A DNA stretch of 64,000 nt from Candidatus Micrarchaeota archaeon (GTDB lineage Archaea > B1Sed10-29). Made by a program: the position numbers and the translations under genes. The stretch's first letter is position 1; every line of letters begins with the position of its first letter. Below are positions 45,601 to 54,834 of this stretch, in pieces. The notes beneath the pieces were generated by a model. That model saw only the letters and a program-made list of their open reading frames with translations. It was not told the DNA's origin and searched no databases. The stretch is taken from positions 22,856 through 86,855 of the forward strand of contig CAZOFO010000002.1 of the NCBI GenBank assembly GCA_964579265.1, written 5' to 3'.

Positions 45601-46447
45601 TAGGATTAAGATGAGGCTGTATAGATTCTACGTCTCCCTCTGCATAGCTGTTTTCAATAGATCCATCTCCTTTCGATTCTCCTACTAATCCTCCTACTTG
45701 TTGAACTCCTTGGGTCAGTCCTGTAGCGTAGCTCTTGATTATTTCACCTCTTGATTCTCCTACTAATCCTCCTACTTTGTATCCTCCTCCTACATAGGCA
45801 TTTGAATGGCTATTTTTTATTAATCCTCCACCTGAAGATAGTCCGACTAACCCTCCTACCATCTTGTCATTTGAAACTGAGCTTCCGGAAGAAGAACAAT
45901 TATCTATTGTCCCGTGATTACTCCCTGCTAATAAGCCGACTCCATGATCAGGCAGGGTATCACCCCAACCTTCTACATCTCCTGAAACATCAACATTTTC
46001 GATAAGTCCTTCGTTTTTTCCTGTTAATCCTCCTGTATGTGAAGTATTTTCGCCTCCTGCTACATTAATGTTATCTATATTTAAGTCTTTAACAGTTCCG
46101 TTTATGCTTGAAAATAACCCTAAACCTACAATATTATCTCTATTAATATATAAATCATTTATAGTGTGATTATGACCATTAAAAGAACCTTTAAACAACT
46201 CAGTGTTGTTTCCTATTGGGTCCCAACCGTTATTAGTATCTACTAAATCATTATAGCCGGCGGTCTCATTGTCTAGACTACTATTTAGAATATAGTCTCC
46301 GTCTAGATTGTCTCTTGTTTCATTTAATCCTCTTATATCCTTGGTCTTACTGTATATTTCTGCTGTATAGTAAAGTGCTAAGATATTTAAAAACTTTTCC
46401 CTTCTATAGGTTTTTGTTGCTCGAGCAACAAAGAATATAAAACACAT
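42620..46447 (-). CDS. giant cell-surface protein with GLUG motifs and four Listeria-Bacteroides (Flg_new) repeats, C-terminal TM anchor
   Basis: 1275 aa. Many GGLVG(E/Q)S repeats (GLUG-like). Four blocks of about 75 aa with the G-W-x-F-x-x-W-T-D/G-D pattern (EGWYFEEWTGD, DEWKFHGWTDD, EGWKFQKWTGD, IGWKLQNWTDD). C-terminal IIIVAAVLAAIVVLSVLLLI anchor. Confidence 0.6.
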   Translation of the reverse strand: MCFIFFVARATKTYRREKFLNILALYYTAEIYSKTKDIRGLNETRDNLDGDYILNSSLDNETAGYNDLVDTNNGWDPIGNNTELFKGSFNGHNHTINDLYINRDNIVGLGLFSSINGTVKDLNIDNINVAGGENTSHTGGLTGKNEGLIENVDVSGDVEGWGDTLPDHGVGLLAGSNHGTIDNCSSSGSSVSNDKMVGGLVGLSSGGGLIKNSHSNAYVGGGYKVGGLVGESRGEIIKSYATGLTQGVQQVGGLVGESKGDGSIENSYAEGDVESIQPHLNPKKIGGLVGENWRVINNSYATGDVNAEDAEEVGGLVGQSCAEDEDLIKNSYATGDVTGNKTVGGFVGKNDGVIKYSYSEGKVSGNERVGGFTGRLASGHNIENSYSTGKATRNSGSTGESIGGFVGYNYRGIIIDSFSTGSVEYEDDTNPTDKGFAGAVSINDEYEMKGNYWNINTSEQTNTSGNATGKNTEDMTWKYNETYEEWDFGETWLDGHHSTVEDQKGNTGYPTLQWQNIKISNWHDLNNVQNHLDLEYTLVDDLDKNTDGYGEHAASDANDGYGWKPIGDRDNHFIGTFDGQNYNINDFHIDDKGERDAIGLFSTIEGEVENVGIENATVKKNISEDTWDLVGGLVGQIMEGEVRNSFVKDSYIYTNAEDDAFIDTGAFLGHMTRGYVYDSYTAAEVEGDGESRIGGFAGVLSGGGDFIDVYTATKVKGGSRSGGFAAQEHYDKDTEFVNTYWNTNVSSQEEGVKARYDIGKGEYVDVEYEGLYERTTEDMTWEYSNDTYEDWDFNDTWMDGDHATVGDEEKNIGYPGLEWQEQIDAKELIINTDGEGSTTPPEGTHKYRENRTVNITSTPDIGWKLQNWTDDVNTIEDPRSPETTIKMEDDYNITANFTEAPYFQINITSPIEGEEYREGDEVKIDYRVENIGNLEGTQNITLKIGEEIEDKENNITLQPNQTHKSNFTWEANRGTYELNASSEDHTDIVEIIVESTGTGGYVRPTPTTYDLTINAEGKGEASPGIKTYTYIEESEVEVEAYPAEGWYFEEWTGDHTGTEPSFTINMTEDRNVTAHFKEKTYYHNLTINIEGNGTTEPQEGVHIYEEGENITITAEPEDEWKFHGWTDDHTSTEKEIKITITEDKNITAHFKEKEPIKEPEEYDLTINIEGEGETEPQKGTHTYEEGKEIKIIPEPKEGWKFQKWTGDHESTEKEIKITIDNNKEIKAHFIEKDPTIKTRNLTIIIVAAVLAAIVVLSVLLLITKGGKGFPINKGK
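42745..43700. repeat. intragenic tandem DNA repeats of roughly 230-240 bp encoding the Flg_new-type repeats
   Basis: Near-identical antisense ORF peptides in the ORF track (42764..42958 versus 43001..43195) reveal nucleotide-level repetition. The protein repeats are clearly paralogous. Confidence 0.6.
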
Positions 46448-46506
46448 AAGGAAAAATAAATTAGACCGAACTAAAATATATCACATAAAAATATGGAAGT
46501 GAAAAA

Positions 46507-46683
46507 ATGGCACCAGAAATAAATAGAGAAAAATGCATAGGATGCGGAGGATGCGTCTCAATATGCCCAGTAGACGCCATAGAACTAAAAAACAAAACCA
46601 TCAACATAGACGAAGAAAAATGCATCGAATGTGGAAAATGCGTTGAATTCTGCCCAGCAGGAGCACTAAAACTCAAAAAATAG
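46507..46683 (+). CDS. fdx: 2x[4Fe-4S] ferredoxin (59 aa)
   Basis: Two CxxCxxCxxxCP motifs: CIGCGGCVSICP and CIECGKCVEFCP. Directly upstream of geranylgeranyl reductase. Below the ORF-track length cutoff. Confidence 0.6.
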   Translation: MAPEINREKCIGCGGCVSICPVDAIELKNKTINIDEEKCIECGKCVEFCPAGALKLKK

Positions 46684-46710
46684 ATAAAAAATACCACAAG
46701 GTGAACTAAA

Positions 46711-47973
46711 ATGACTGAAAAAACAGATAATAAAAATAAAACTCAAACAGCAATAGATTTCAAAGACGAATACGACGTCATAATAGTAGGAGCAGGACCA
46801 GGAGGATCAATAGCAGCCAGAGACTGCGCAGAAAAAGGACTAGACACGCTAGTTATAGAAAAAAGACCTGAACTAGGAACACCAGTAAGATGCGGAGAAG
46901 GACTAGGAGAAGTATGGATGGAAATGGCAGGCATAGAATACGATCCAGACTGGTGCAAAAGAAAAACAGAAGGAGCAGTAGTTTATCCACCAAACGAAAA
47001 ATCATTAAAAGTAGATCCTGAAAATAAAGGCTATATAATAGAAAGAAAGATATTCGAGAAAAAATTAGCCGAAGAAGCCGGAAGAAAAGGCGCAGATTAC
47101 CTGCTTAAAACAAAAGCAGAGCACGTGATACAAGAAGAAAATGAAGAAGGAGAAAAACAAGTCAAAGGAGTAGTAGTAAAAACCGATGAAGGAGAAACAA
47201 AAGAATACAGATCAAAAATAGTCATAGCAGCTGACGGAGTAGAATCAAAAATAGCCAAATCAGCAGGACTCAACACAACAAATCCATTAAAAGACATGGA
47301 TGCAGGATACGAATACGAAATGACAAACCTAAATTTCCCAGAAGAAGAATCAAGATACATACACATATGGTTAGGAAACGAAATAGCCCCAGGAGGATAC
47401 GTCTGGGCATTCTTCAAAGACGAAGACGTAGCAAACATAGGAATAGGAGTAAACCCAACTGAAGCAGAAAAAACAGCAAAAGAATACCTCGACGAATGGA
47501 TAAGAAACCATCCAGAATACTTCGAAGAAGCAGCAATCACTGAGAAAAAAGGAGGAGGAATACCACTAGGAGAACCTCTAGAAAAACCATACACAAACGG
47601 ATTAATGGCAATAGGAGACGCAGCACACATGGTAAACCCAATACACGGAGGAGGAATGGGACAAGCAATGGAAGCAGCAAGAATAGCAGCAGAAACAGCA
47701 GAAAAATCAATAAAAAATGAAGACTACTCAAAAGAAATGCTATCCGAATTTGCAGACAGATGGTGGGAAAAAAGAGGAAACCAACTAAAAGACATACAAA
47801 AAGTCAGAAACTTCGCAGAATCACTAACAGATAAAGACCTAAATAAACTAAGAGAAATAATAGACCAAGAAGGACTATTGAACCTAGTGGACGCAAGCAA
47901 CCTAAAGAAATTCTTAAAAGTATTCAAAGGAAGCCCAAAGATAGCTATGAAAGCAGCAAAACACCTAAAATAA
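46711..47973 (+). CDS. geranylgeranyl reductase (digeranylgeranylglycerophospholipid reductase), FAD-dependent
   Basis: YDVIIVGAGPGGSIAA is a GxGxxG FAD site. RCGEGLG, IAADG and GDAAHMVNP..GGG match the GGR family. Confidence 0.85.
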   Translation: MTEKTDNKNKTQTAIDFKDEYDVIIVGAGPGGSIAARDCAEKGLDTLVIEKRPELGTPVRCGEGLGEVWMEMAGIEYDPDWCKRKTEGAVVYPPNEKSLKVDPENKGYIIERKIFEKKLAEEAGRKGADYLLKTKAEHVIQEENEEGEKQVKGVVVKTDEGETKEYRSKIVIAADGVESKIAKSAGLNTTNPLKDMDAGYEYEMTNLNFPEEESRYIHIWLGNEIAPGGYVWAFFKDEDVANIGIGVNPTEAEKTAKEYLDEWIRNHPEYFEEAAITEKKGGGIPLGEPLEKPYTNGLMAIGDAAHMVNPIHGGGMGQAMEAARIAAETAEKSIKNEDYSKEMLSEFADRWWEKRGNQLKDIQKVRNFAESLTDKDLNKLREIIDQEGLLNLVDASNLKKFLKVFKGSPKIAMKAAKHLK

Positions 47974-48066
47974 CTCTTTAGAAATGGATAAATATCCTAA
48001 AAAACATCCAGTAATGATTTCTCAAACCCAAACTAATTATTTCTCTCCTCCCAAATAATAAAATAG

Positions 48067-49161
48067 ATGAAAATGGATACAACAAAACCTCTAAAAAACA
48101 TAAAATCAACACTGAAAAACAAAATTCCCAGAAGACTGAAAAAAATAGACGAACTTCCAACAGGAACCGTAACCGCATTATTCATAATAACTATAGTCAC
48201 CACATACCTCTACCTAGCCTATAGCTACCTCTACATACCAGGACCTCAATTAGCAGCATACGGATTTATCTTAGAAAGACCACTAACTGCCTTATCCTAC
48301 TCCTTCATACACCTCAGCCCCCAGCACATACTAGCCAATGTAGCTCTCCTCTTAGCCGTAGGTATCGTGGCAGAACAAAAACTAAAAACAAAGGACTACA
48401 TAGCGATATTCTTCGCCTCAGCAGCAACTTCAGGAGTAGTATTCCATATACTAACACCCGAACCAACCGTACTAGTAGGAGCCTCCTCAGCAGTATCAGG
48501 GATACTAGCCGCATCAATATTCATCGATATAAAGAAAGCAATTGTAGCGATATTGATATTTACGGTTTTCCTCAATTTCACAGCTCCTGTAGTAGAACAA
48601 CACACCAGAGAAAAACTAGGAGTATTGGAACAAGAAACACAACAAATAGAAGAAGAAGTAAATAAAACCGAAGAAAAGCTAAACAAAACTGAGGAAGAGA
48701 TAAATAAAACTGAAGAAGAAGCAGATGAAATTGAAAAGAAAATTAACGAAACAGAACAGGAAATAGGAGAGAAAATGACTAGGATAGAGTATTTAGAAAA
48801 AGAATGCTACGAGGAACCTATAAACGAAACAGCATGTGAAGAACTTGATGAAATAGAAGAGCAGAAAGAACAAGTAGAAGAAGAATTAGAAGAATTAGAA
48901 AAAGGATTAGAAGAAAAAGAAGAAGAAATTGAGGAAGAAAAAGAGAAAAGACAAGAAATAACTATAGGGCTAAACAAAACAATAGAAAGATTAATGGAGA
49001 AAATGCAAGAAAAAGAAGTCGTAGAAGAAGGAGTAGAAAGAGAAGAAAGAGCTAGAACCAGCTCTATAGTGCACCTAGTAGGAGCAATAACAGGACTAAT
49101 CTACCTAGGAATATTCAGGAGGGACATAATATGGGATCTGCCATCTCAAGTCTCACAATAA
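48067..49161 (+). CDS. rhomboid-family intramembrane serine protease with a coiled-coil insertion of about 130 aa
   Basis: TM helices carry the rhomboid motifs HLSPQHILANV, GASSAVSGIL (GxSG catalytic Ser) and SSIVHLVGAITGLIY (catalytic His). An E/K-rich coiled coil (NKTEEKLNKTEEEINKTEEE...) is inserted between the Ser and His helices. Confidence 0.6.
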   Translation: MKMDTTKPLKNIKSTLKNKIPRRLKKIDELPTGTVTALFIITIVTTYLYLAYSYLYIPGPQLAAYGFILERPLTALSYSFIHLSPQHILANVALLLAVGIVAEQKLKTKDYIAIFFASAATSGVVFHILTPEPTVLVGASSAVSGILAASIFIDIKKAIVAILIFTVFLNFTAPVVEQHTREKLGVLEQETQQIEEEVNKTEEKLNKTEEEINKTEEEADEIEKKINETEQEIGEKMTRIEYLEKECYEEPINETACEELDEIEEQKEQVEEELEELEKGLEEKEEEIEEEKEKRQEITIGLNKTIERLMEKMQEKEVVEEGVEREERARTSSIVHLVGAITGLIYLGIFRRDIIWDLPSQVSQ

Positions 49162-50186
49162 GAAAAATAATACAAGAAATAAAACCTAAAATAGAAGATA
49201 AATACCTAAACAAAGTACAACAACTAGAAAAAAATCTCTACAGGTTTAGATTCAGCCCAGGATCAAAAGACTTACTGATAGAGCCAGGAAAAAGACTTAA
49301 CATAACAAAATACAGGCTTCAAGCACCAAAACAAGCAACACAAGCATCCATGATCATCAGGAAACACCTGGAAAACACGAAACTAGAAAAAATAAACCAA
49401 AAAGGATTTGATAGGGTCGTGGAAATGACATTCACAAACGGAAACAAAGTAATAGCAGAAATATTCGGAGAAGGAAACCTAATACTAACAGATAAAGATA
49501 AAAAAATAATTTACGCTCACAGAAGAGGAGAATGGAAACACAGAAAAATAATAAAAAACGCTGAATATAAATATCCTCCTTCAGACACCAATAGCTTCTA
49601 CCAGACAGATTTAGAAGAATTCAAAAAACAGCTTGAAGAAAAGGAAGAGGATAAAAAGATAGTAGTTCTCCTAGCCACAGACTACGGACTAGGAGGAAAG
49701 ATAGCAGAACACATCTGCAAAGAAGCAAACATAGATAAAAACAAGAAAAATCTAGAAGAAACCGAAATAGAGAAAATCTATGAAAAAACCAAAAAAACAC
49801 TTGAAAAAGAACCAAAACCAGTTAAACAAGGAGAAAAAATCAATCCATTCCCATTAGAAGGAGAAATAGACGAAAAATACAATTCAATAAGCCAAGCAAT
49901 CGATGAAAACTATACAGAAAAACAAGAAAAAACAGAAAAAAGTAAAGAACTAAAAAAACTTGAAAAAAGACTAAAACACCAAAAAGAAGCAATAAAAGGA
50001 TTCAAAGAAAAAATAAAAGAAAACAAGAAAAAAGGAGACCTAATCTACAAAAACTACGATAAAGTGGCAAAAGCAATAGAGCTATTCAATAAAGGAAAAG
50101 AAGGAAGAGAGAAACTCCAAGAACTAGGAGTAGAATTAAAAGACGGTAAAATCATACTGGAATTGGAAGAACCAAAAAAAGAATGA
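49131..50186 (+). CDS. NFACT-N/FbpA-like protein (possible Rqc2/NEMF-related) with a coiled-coil C-terminus
   Basis: The N-terminal segment IRKIIQEIKPKIEDKYLNKVQQLEKNLYRFRF...GKRLNITKYRL resembles NFACT-N. No NFACT-R domain is seen. Confidence 0.45.
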   Translation: MGSAISSLTIRKIIQEIKPKIEDKYLNKVQQLEKNLYRFRFSPGSKDLLIEPGKRLNITKYRLQAPKQATQASMIIRKHLENTKLEKINQKGFDRVVEMTFTNGNKVIAEIFGEGNLILTDKDKKIIYAHRRGEWKHRKIIKNAEYKYPPSDTNSFYQTDLEEFKKQLEEKEEDKKIVVLLATDYGLGGKIAEHICKEANIDKNKKNLEETEIEKIYEKTKKTLEKEPKPVKQGEKINPFPLEGEIDEKYNSISQAIDENYTEKQEKTEKSKELKKLEKRLKHQKEAIKGFKEKIKENKKKGDLIYKNYDKVAKAIELFNKGKEGREKLQELGVELKDGKIILELEEPKKE

Positions 50187-50191
50187 TAAAT

Positions 50192-50452
50192 TCACACTAA
50201 CATAGTCTCATCTACAACTATCACATCTGAAACAGAGAAAACTGCTTTAAATGGAACTCTAGCCATATTATCAGACCCAGTAAGGTCTCTAGCTATTGAT
50301 GATCCACTATCAGCTTCCACTATCATTGAATCTAGTTCTCCGCTTTTTTCTTCGATAGTAACGTCACTAAGGCGACCTATTTCTTCACCTTTGTTTGTAA
50401 TAACTTTTTTTCCTCCAAGCTGTTTAGCTATCACGTATTTTTTTGATGCCAT
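50192..50452 (-). CDS. PRC-barrel domain protein
   Basis: Start taken at the internal Met (MASKKYVIAKQLGGKKVITNKGEEIGRLSDV), which is preceded by AGGAGG. The ORF track extends to 50557. Confidence 0.5.
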   Translation of the reverse strand: MASKKYVIAKQLGGKKVITNKGEEIGRLSDVTIEEKSGELDSMIVEADSGSSIARDLTGSDNMARVPFKAVFSVSDVIVVDETMLV

Positions 50453-50632
50453 TTTAAATCCTCCTGTCTTAATTTGATTTTGATTAGTCTTTATTGTCTC
50501 TGAATAATCTCGATAATAATAAATGAACATACCTTTAAAAACCTTTCCCCTTACCAATCAACACTAAACTAACTCTAATTAACCGACTTATTTGTAAAAA
50601 AGAACTTTAAAACCAGGTTCTAAAAACAAATC

Positions 50633-53600
50633 ATGTTAGGGAGACAACCAAATATAGAAAAAGAAAGAATGAGAAAACTTTTTTCCACTTGCTTCTCAAT
50701 AATATTCGTATTTTCCGCCCTAAACGCAGGTAGGATACCTCCACTCACTTACGACGAATCAGGGATACCTAGACAAGTACCAATACAAGAAGCACTAGAA
50801 AAATCAAATAAATTAGAAGCACCTACCTCAATACAAGGAAAACTAAAATATAACTCTATAAACGAAGAAACAGATATCTTTCTTCAAAGATCCTGGGAAA
50901 ACGCTAGAAAAGCACAAGAAAAAGCAGAAGGATCGCAAAACGTATACAATAACTGGCTTGACAAAGGATGGGAATACTTCAAAGAAATATCCAGCCTCGG
51001 ACTACTTAACACAAAAGTAGACGAAGTAGAAAAACTTCATCGAGAAACCAGAGAACACTACATAAAAGCACTTCAATCATCCAGATTAACCTATGAAGAA
51101 GTAATCTCTGACATGTATAGCCAAAAAATCAAACTGGAAAAAATAGGAGCAGATAACTACACCGGTCCAGCACACCAATCACACAAAAAAGTAAAAGAAA
51201 CACTCAATAGACTGGATAAAGAAAAAATAGAAGAAGAAATATTTCAAGAAAAAGGAAAAGACATAGCCACAATAATGACAAAACTATCAAAAGAAATAAA
51301 AACAGCTGAAATGATAAACCCAGAAATATTCAACCTCATAACAAACCCAAGAAACTCTCTAATAACTGAATATAGCGAACTAAAAAAAGAAATAGATAAA
51401 GATATACAGAGAATGAATAAAACTAAAAGAAAACAAAAAGAAAAACACGAAAGACTGATAAAAAAACTTGAAAAAAGATTGACTGACCTGGAAAAAGAAA
51501 AAATAGAAAAAGTCAGATCCAACCCCTCCACAGGGAGAAAAGGAGAAATAACCCATACTGAAATAAGCGGAAACCCAGCTGAACAATACAGACAGATAGA
51601 ATCAATCAAAAGTAAATCCGAAAGAAAAGCAGCTGAAGCAAGAAGGATATATAGAAACGAAGAATACAACTACCTATCTAGAAATATAAAAATATATAAA
51701 ATGACAATAAACAACCTACAAAAATCATTAGAAACAACTGAAGAACTTGAAAAAACCCTTAAAAATATAGAAAAACACTACAAAGAAAAAATAAACAAAA
51801 GAAAAAGCGAAATAGAAGAATCAATCCTTACAAGATACAGAGAAAAAATTAAAGATAAGGAAGAATATGCAAAAGAGCAAGAAACCATTGGTGAAAGAAT
51901 AAAAAAACTTGAAGAAACTCTAGAATACATAGAAACAGTAAAAGAACTTGAAAAAGAAGATCTAACCCCGATAAAAAGAAGAATAGAAAACACAATCAAT
52001 AGAGTAGAAAAATACATCGAACTAGGATATCCTCTTGAAGATAAACTGGAAAAATTAGAAAAACTGAAACAGGTAAACGACCCAGAAATGCTTCCAAAAA
52101 CCCAAAAAACCTTAAATGAACTTAAAAAAACCATTGAAATAAGAACGTCTCCTCTTGAAAACGAAATAAGAGAAAAAAGAGAAAAAACAGATAGAATAAT
52201 TGAATCAATGAACAAAATAACCAAAACAGCTTACGGAGAAATAGAAATATCTGATAAAATAGATGAAAAAAGACTAAAAGAACTAGAAAACCAATACAGA
52301 AAACTAAAATCCTTTGATCCATTAAAAAACCCGATTAGAAAATTAGAAGGATATAGAAGCATAATAAGAGAAATATCACCGGTAATAAACAGTTTCAAAG
52401 AAGAAATACTTTTAGAAAATACAGAGATAAAGCTAAATGAAGAAAAAGAAACACTAAAATGTAACCAAGAAATAATTACAGAGATACAGATAGAAATTCA
52501 GAATACCCTTCCAATAACTCTATACAACACTAAAATAGAAAAAGAAATTCCAGGAAAACTAAAATTAAGACAACAACCAGAAAAAGAAAACCTACACCTA
52601 GATATAAACGAAATAAATCCACACGAAACAGTAATAAAAACCAAAAAAGCAAAAATGACACCCTACACCTGTGAAGAAAAAAGAAAAGAAACAATATCAA
52701 TAAATGAAGAAACAAAAACAGAGCAAAAAGAAATAAAGATAATAAGAAATGTTAAAGACCCGGAATTATTCCTAGATTCAAGGGTACCAGAAAAAGGAAA
52801 AATAATAAACAAGCCACCTAATGCAAGGGTAGAAAATGGAAAAATAAAAATCAAAGCCCATGAAGAAGAACAAGAAATACAGATAACCTATAGAAAAAAC
52901 CCAGAAATAGAGATAATAGAAGAAAAGAACTGGAGAGGAAAAGAAACAATAGATCATCAGATAGAGATAATAAACCACGAAGAAAAAATCCAGAATTTCA
53001 CCATAAAGCGTAATATAGATCCATCAAAAATAATAGAATGTAACTACCCTATAAAAAATATAGAAGAATATACTGAAACAGATAAAAAAGAAATTCTAAA
53101 TCAAAAACAAGACCTAGCCTCAATTGAAAGAACCGAAATAAGAATACCTGAACTCAAAAACCATGCAGAGATAGAAATAACCTATCTCGGAGGAGAACCA
53201 AAAGAAGAAGCACAGAAAGCTATGAACGAGATTTACTTTCTCAAAGACACCAGAAAGATACCTGAAGGTATAGAAAGCCAAATAGAATCAATTGAAAGAT
53301 TATTTGAACTCGAGAAATACCAGAAAGTAACGGAAGAAGCTCCTAAAATAATAAATGAATTAAAGAAACAACCAATAAAAGGAATAGAAAGAGAAATAGA
53401 AGAAAAAGAGGAAACTGAAGCAATAAATGAAACTCATCAAGAGGAAAAAATTGAAGAAGAAAATAAATCAGAGACTTACGAGCCAAATATTGATGAAATA
53501 AGAAAACTAAAGGAAAAAACATCAGTAATATGTAGATTAATCGAATGTGGAGAAATTAAACAAAAATTAGATAATTTAGACCAATACAGCGATATAGAAA

Positions 53601-54241
53601 AAGAAAAAATAAAATCTCTGCGAGACAAAATCAGTTCTAAAGAAAGTAAAGCAGAATCAAAAATGAAAGAAAACTCCGAAGAAATAGAAAAAATATTCAA
53701 ATCTCTTGAAAAAGCTTTTGAAATAGAACCTGACCTAGAAATCGATAAAAAACATATACCGTATACAAAAGAAGATTTTAATTCTCTAAAAAATAGAAGA
53801 GAAAATCTAGAAAATGAGAAATCATCATTGGTGCTTGATTCATTCGATAAAAGAATAGAGGAAAATAACCCTGAAGAACTAAAAAATGAAATAAAAAAAC
53901 GAGAAGAACTAATAAAAGATTCCAAAGATCTTTTATCCCAAATGGAAAAATCATCAGTAGAAAGATTAAAAGAAGCAAAGAATAAATATCAAGAAAAAGG
54001 GGAAAAAGCACCTGGAAGCCTTGAAAAAGCAAAAGAATCTCATGAGAAAGGAAAATATCTCGAATCAATTGCATATTCTGAGAGATCAATAGAGAAAGTT
54101 CCTTCTAAAGATTCTGGATTTCCCTATAAATATCTAGTGGGTCTGATAATGATTATAGGAACTTCCCTATATGTGATTAAGAAACCAGGAAAGGATAAGG
54201 AGGATGAAGAAGACCCTGTTATGCTAAAAAGAGGAAAATAA
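50633..54241 (+). CDS. giant coiled-coil membrane protein (N-terminal signal/anchor, C-terminal TM)
   Basis: 1202 aa, almost entirely K/E-rich heptad-like sequence. The N-terminal hydrophobic segment is FSTCFSIIFVFSALNAG. The C-terminal TM is YKYLVGLIMIIGTSLYVI. Confidence 0.5.
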   Translation: MLGRQPNIEKERMRKLFSTCFSIIFVFSALNAGRIPPLTYDESGIPRQVPIQEALEKSNKLEAPTSIQGKLKYNSINEETDIFLQRSWENARKAQEKAEGSQNVYNNWLDKGWEYFKEISSLGLLNTKVDEVEKLHRETREHYIKALQSSRLTYEEVISDMYSQKIKLEKIGADNYTGPAHQSHKKVKETLNRLDKEKIEEEIFQEKGKDIATIMTKLSKEIKTAEMINPEIFNLITNPRNSLITEYSELKKEIDKDIQRMNKTKRKQKEKHERLIKKLEKRLTDLEKEKIEKVRSNPSTGRKGEITHTEISGNPAEQYRQIESIKSKSERKAAEARRIYRNEEYNYLSRNIKIYKMTINNLQKSLETTEELEKTLKNIEKHYKEKINKRKSEIEESILTRYREKIKDKEEYAKEQETIGERIKKLEETLEYIETVKELEKEDLTPIKRRIENTINRVEKYIELGYPLEDKLEKLEKLKQVNDPEMLPKTQKTLNELKKTIEIRTSPLENEIREKREKTDRIIESMNKITKTAYGEIEISDKIDEKRLKELENQYRKLKSFDPLKNPIRKLEGYRSIIREISPVINSFKEEILLENTEIKLNEEKETLKCNQEIITEIQIEIQNTLPITLYNTKIEKEIPGKLKLRQQPEKENLHLDINEINPHETVIKTKKAKMTPYTCEEKRKETISINEETKTEQKEIKIIRNVKDPELFLDSRVPEKGKIINKPPNARVENGKIKIKAHEEEQEIQITYRKNPEIEIIEEKNWRGKETIDHQIEIINHEEKIQNFTIKRNIDPSKIIECNYPIKNIEEYTETDKKEILNQKQDLASIERTEIRIPELKNHAEIEITYLGGEPKEEAQKAMNEIYFLKDTRKIPEGIESQIESIERLFELEKYQKVTEEAPKIINELKKQPIKGIEREIEEKEETEAINETHQEEKIEEENKSETYEPNIDEIRKLKEKTSVICRLIECGEIKQKLDNLDQYSDIEKEKIKSLRDKISSKESKAESKMKENSEEIEKIFKSLEKAFEIEPDLEIDKKHIPYTKEDFNSLKNRRENLENEKSSLVLDSFDKRIEENNPEELKNEIKKREELIKDSKDLLSQMEKSSVERLKEAKNKYQEKGEKAPGSLEKAKESHEKGKYLESIAYSERSIEKVPSKDSGFPYKYLVGLIMIIGTSLYVIKKPGKDKEDEEDPVMLKRGK

Positions 54242-54252
54242 TCTTAAGAACC

Positions 54253-54768
54253 TTAAGCATCTTTAAAACTAGTTTCTTCAAATATGATGTCTAAACACTC
54301 AGACTTAGTCTCTTCAACTTTTTTACCAGTGGTATCAACTTCAAAAACCTTTTCATAATTCGAACGAGCTTCTTCACCACAGTAATCCATTATTTCAGCT
54401 TCAACATTCTCCATAATCTTATCTTTACTGTACTCTCTATTTTTAAGTCTCTTTCTTAGTTCTCCTGTTTCACAACGAAGCACTATCACAATCGAATCCT
54501 TCAAACCAAATTCACATAACAAGTGACTATCCAAAACACCTTTCTTATCTTTTAAAATTTCTTTAAGTTTCTCTAAATCAACTTCAATCGATTTCCTTTC
54601 TTTATCCTCCTCCAAATCTAAATCATTATTCTTTATAAACTCTCTATCAATATGAGTGACTTCTAAATCTAATGAATCACCTAGTTCTTCAGCTATTGAT
54701 GTTTTCCCTGTTCCCGGACAACCTGTTAATATTATTCTCTTTACCCTGTTGTTCCTTCCTGATTTCAA
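54253..54768 (-). CDS. putative archaeal adenylate kinase / Fap7 (AK6) family NTPase
   Basis: RIILTGCPGTGKTSIAEEL is a P-loop at the extreme N-terminus, as in Fap7. Start proposed at TTG 54768, 8 nt after AGGAG. The ATG at 54873 used by the ORF track adds 35 aa and would swallow a TATA-like box. Confidence 0.55.
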   Translation of the reverse strand: MKSGRNNRVKRIILTGCPGTGKTSIAEELGDSLDLEVTHIDREFIKNNDLDLEEDKERKSIEVDLEKLKEILKDKKGVLDSHLLCEFGLKDSIVIVLRCETGELRKRLKNREYSKDKIMENVEAEIMDYCGEEARSNYEKVFEVDTTGKKVEETKSECLDIIFEETSFKDA

Positions 54769-54834
54769 TTGAAACACTCCTATCTGTCTTACATAATTAT
54801 ATATTATGCCTTCACCTAATAAATACAGGTTACC

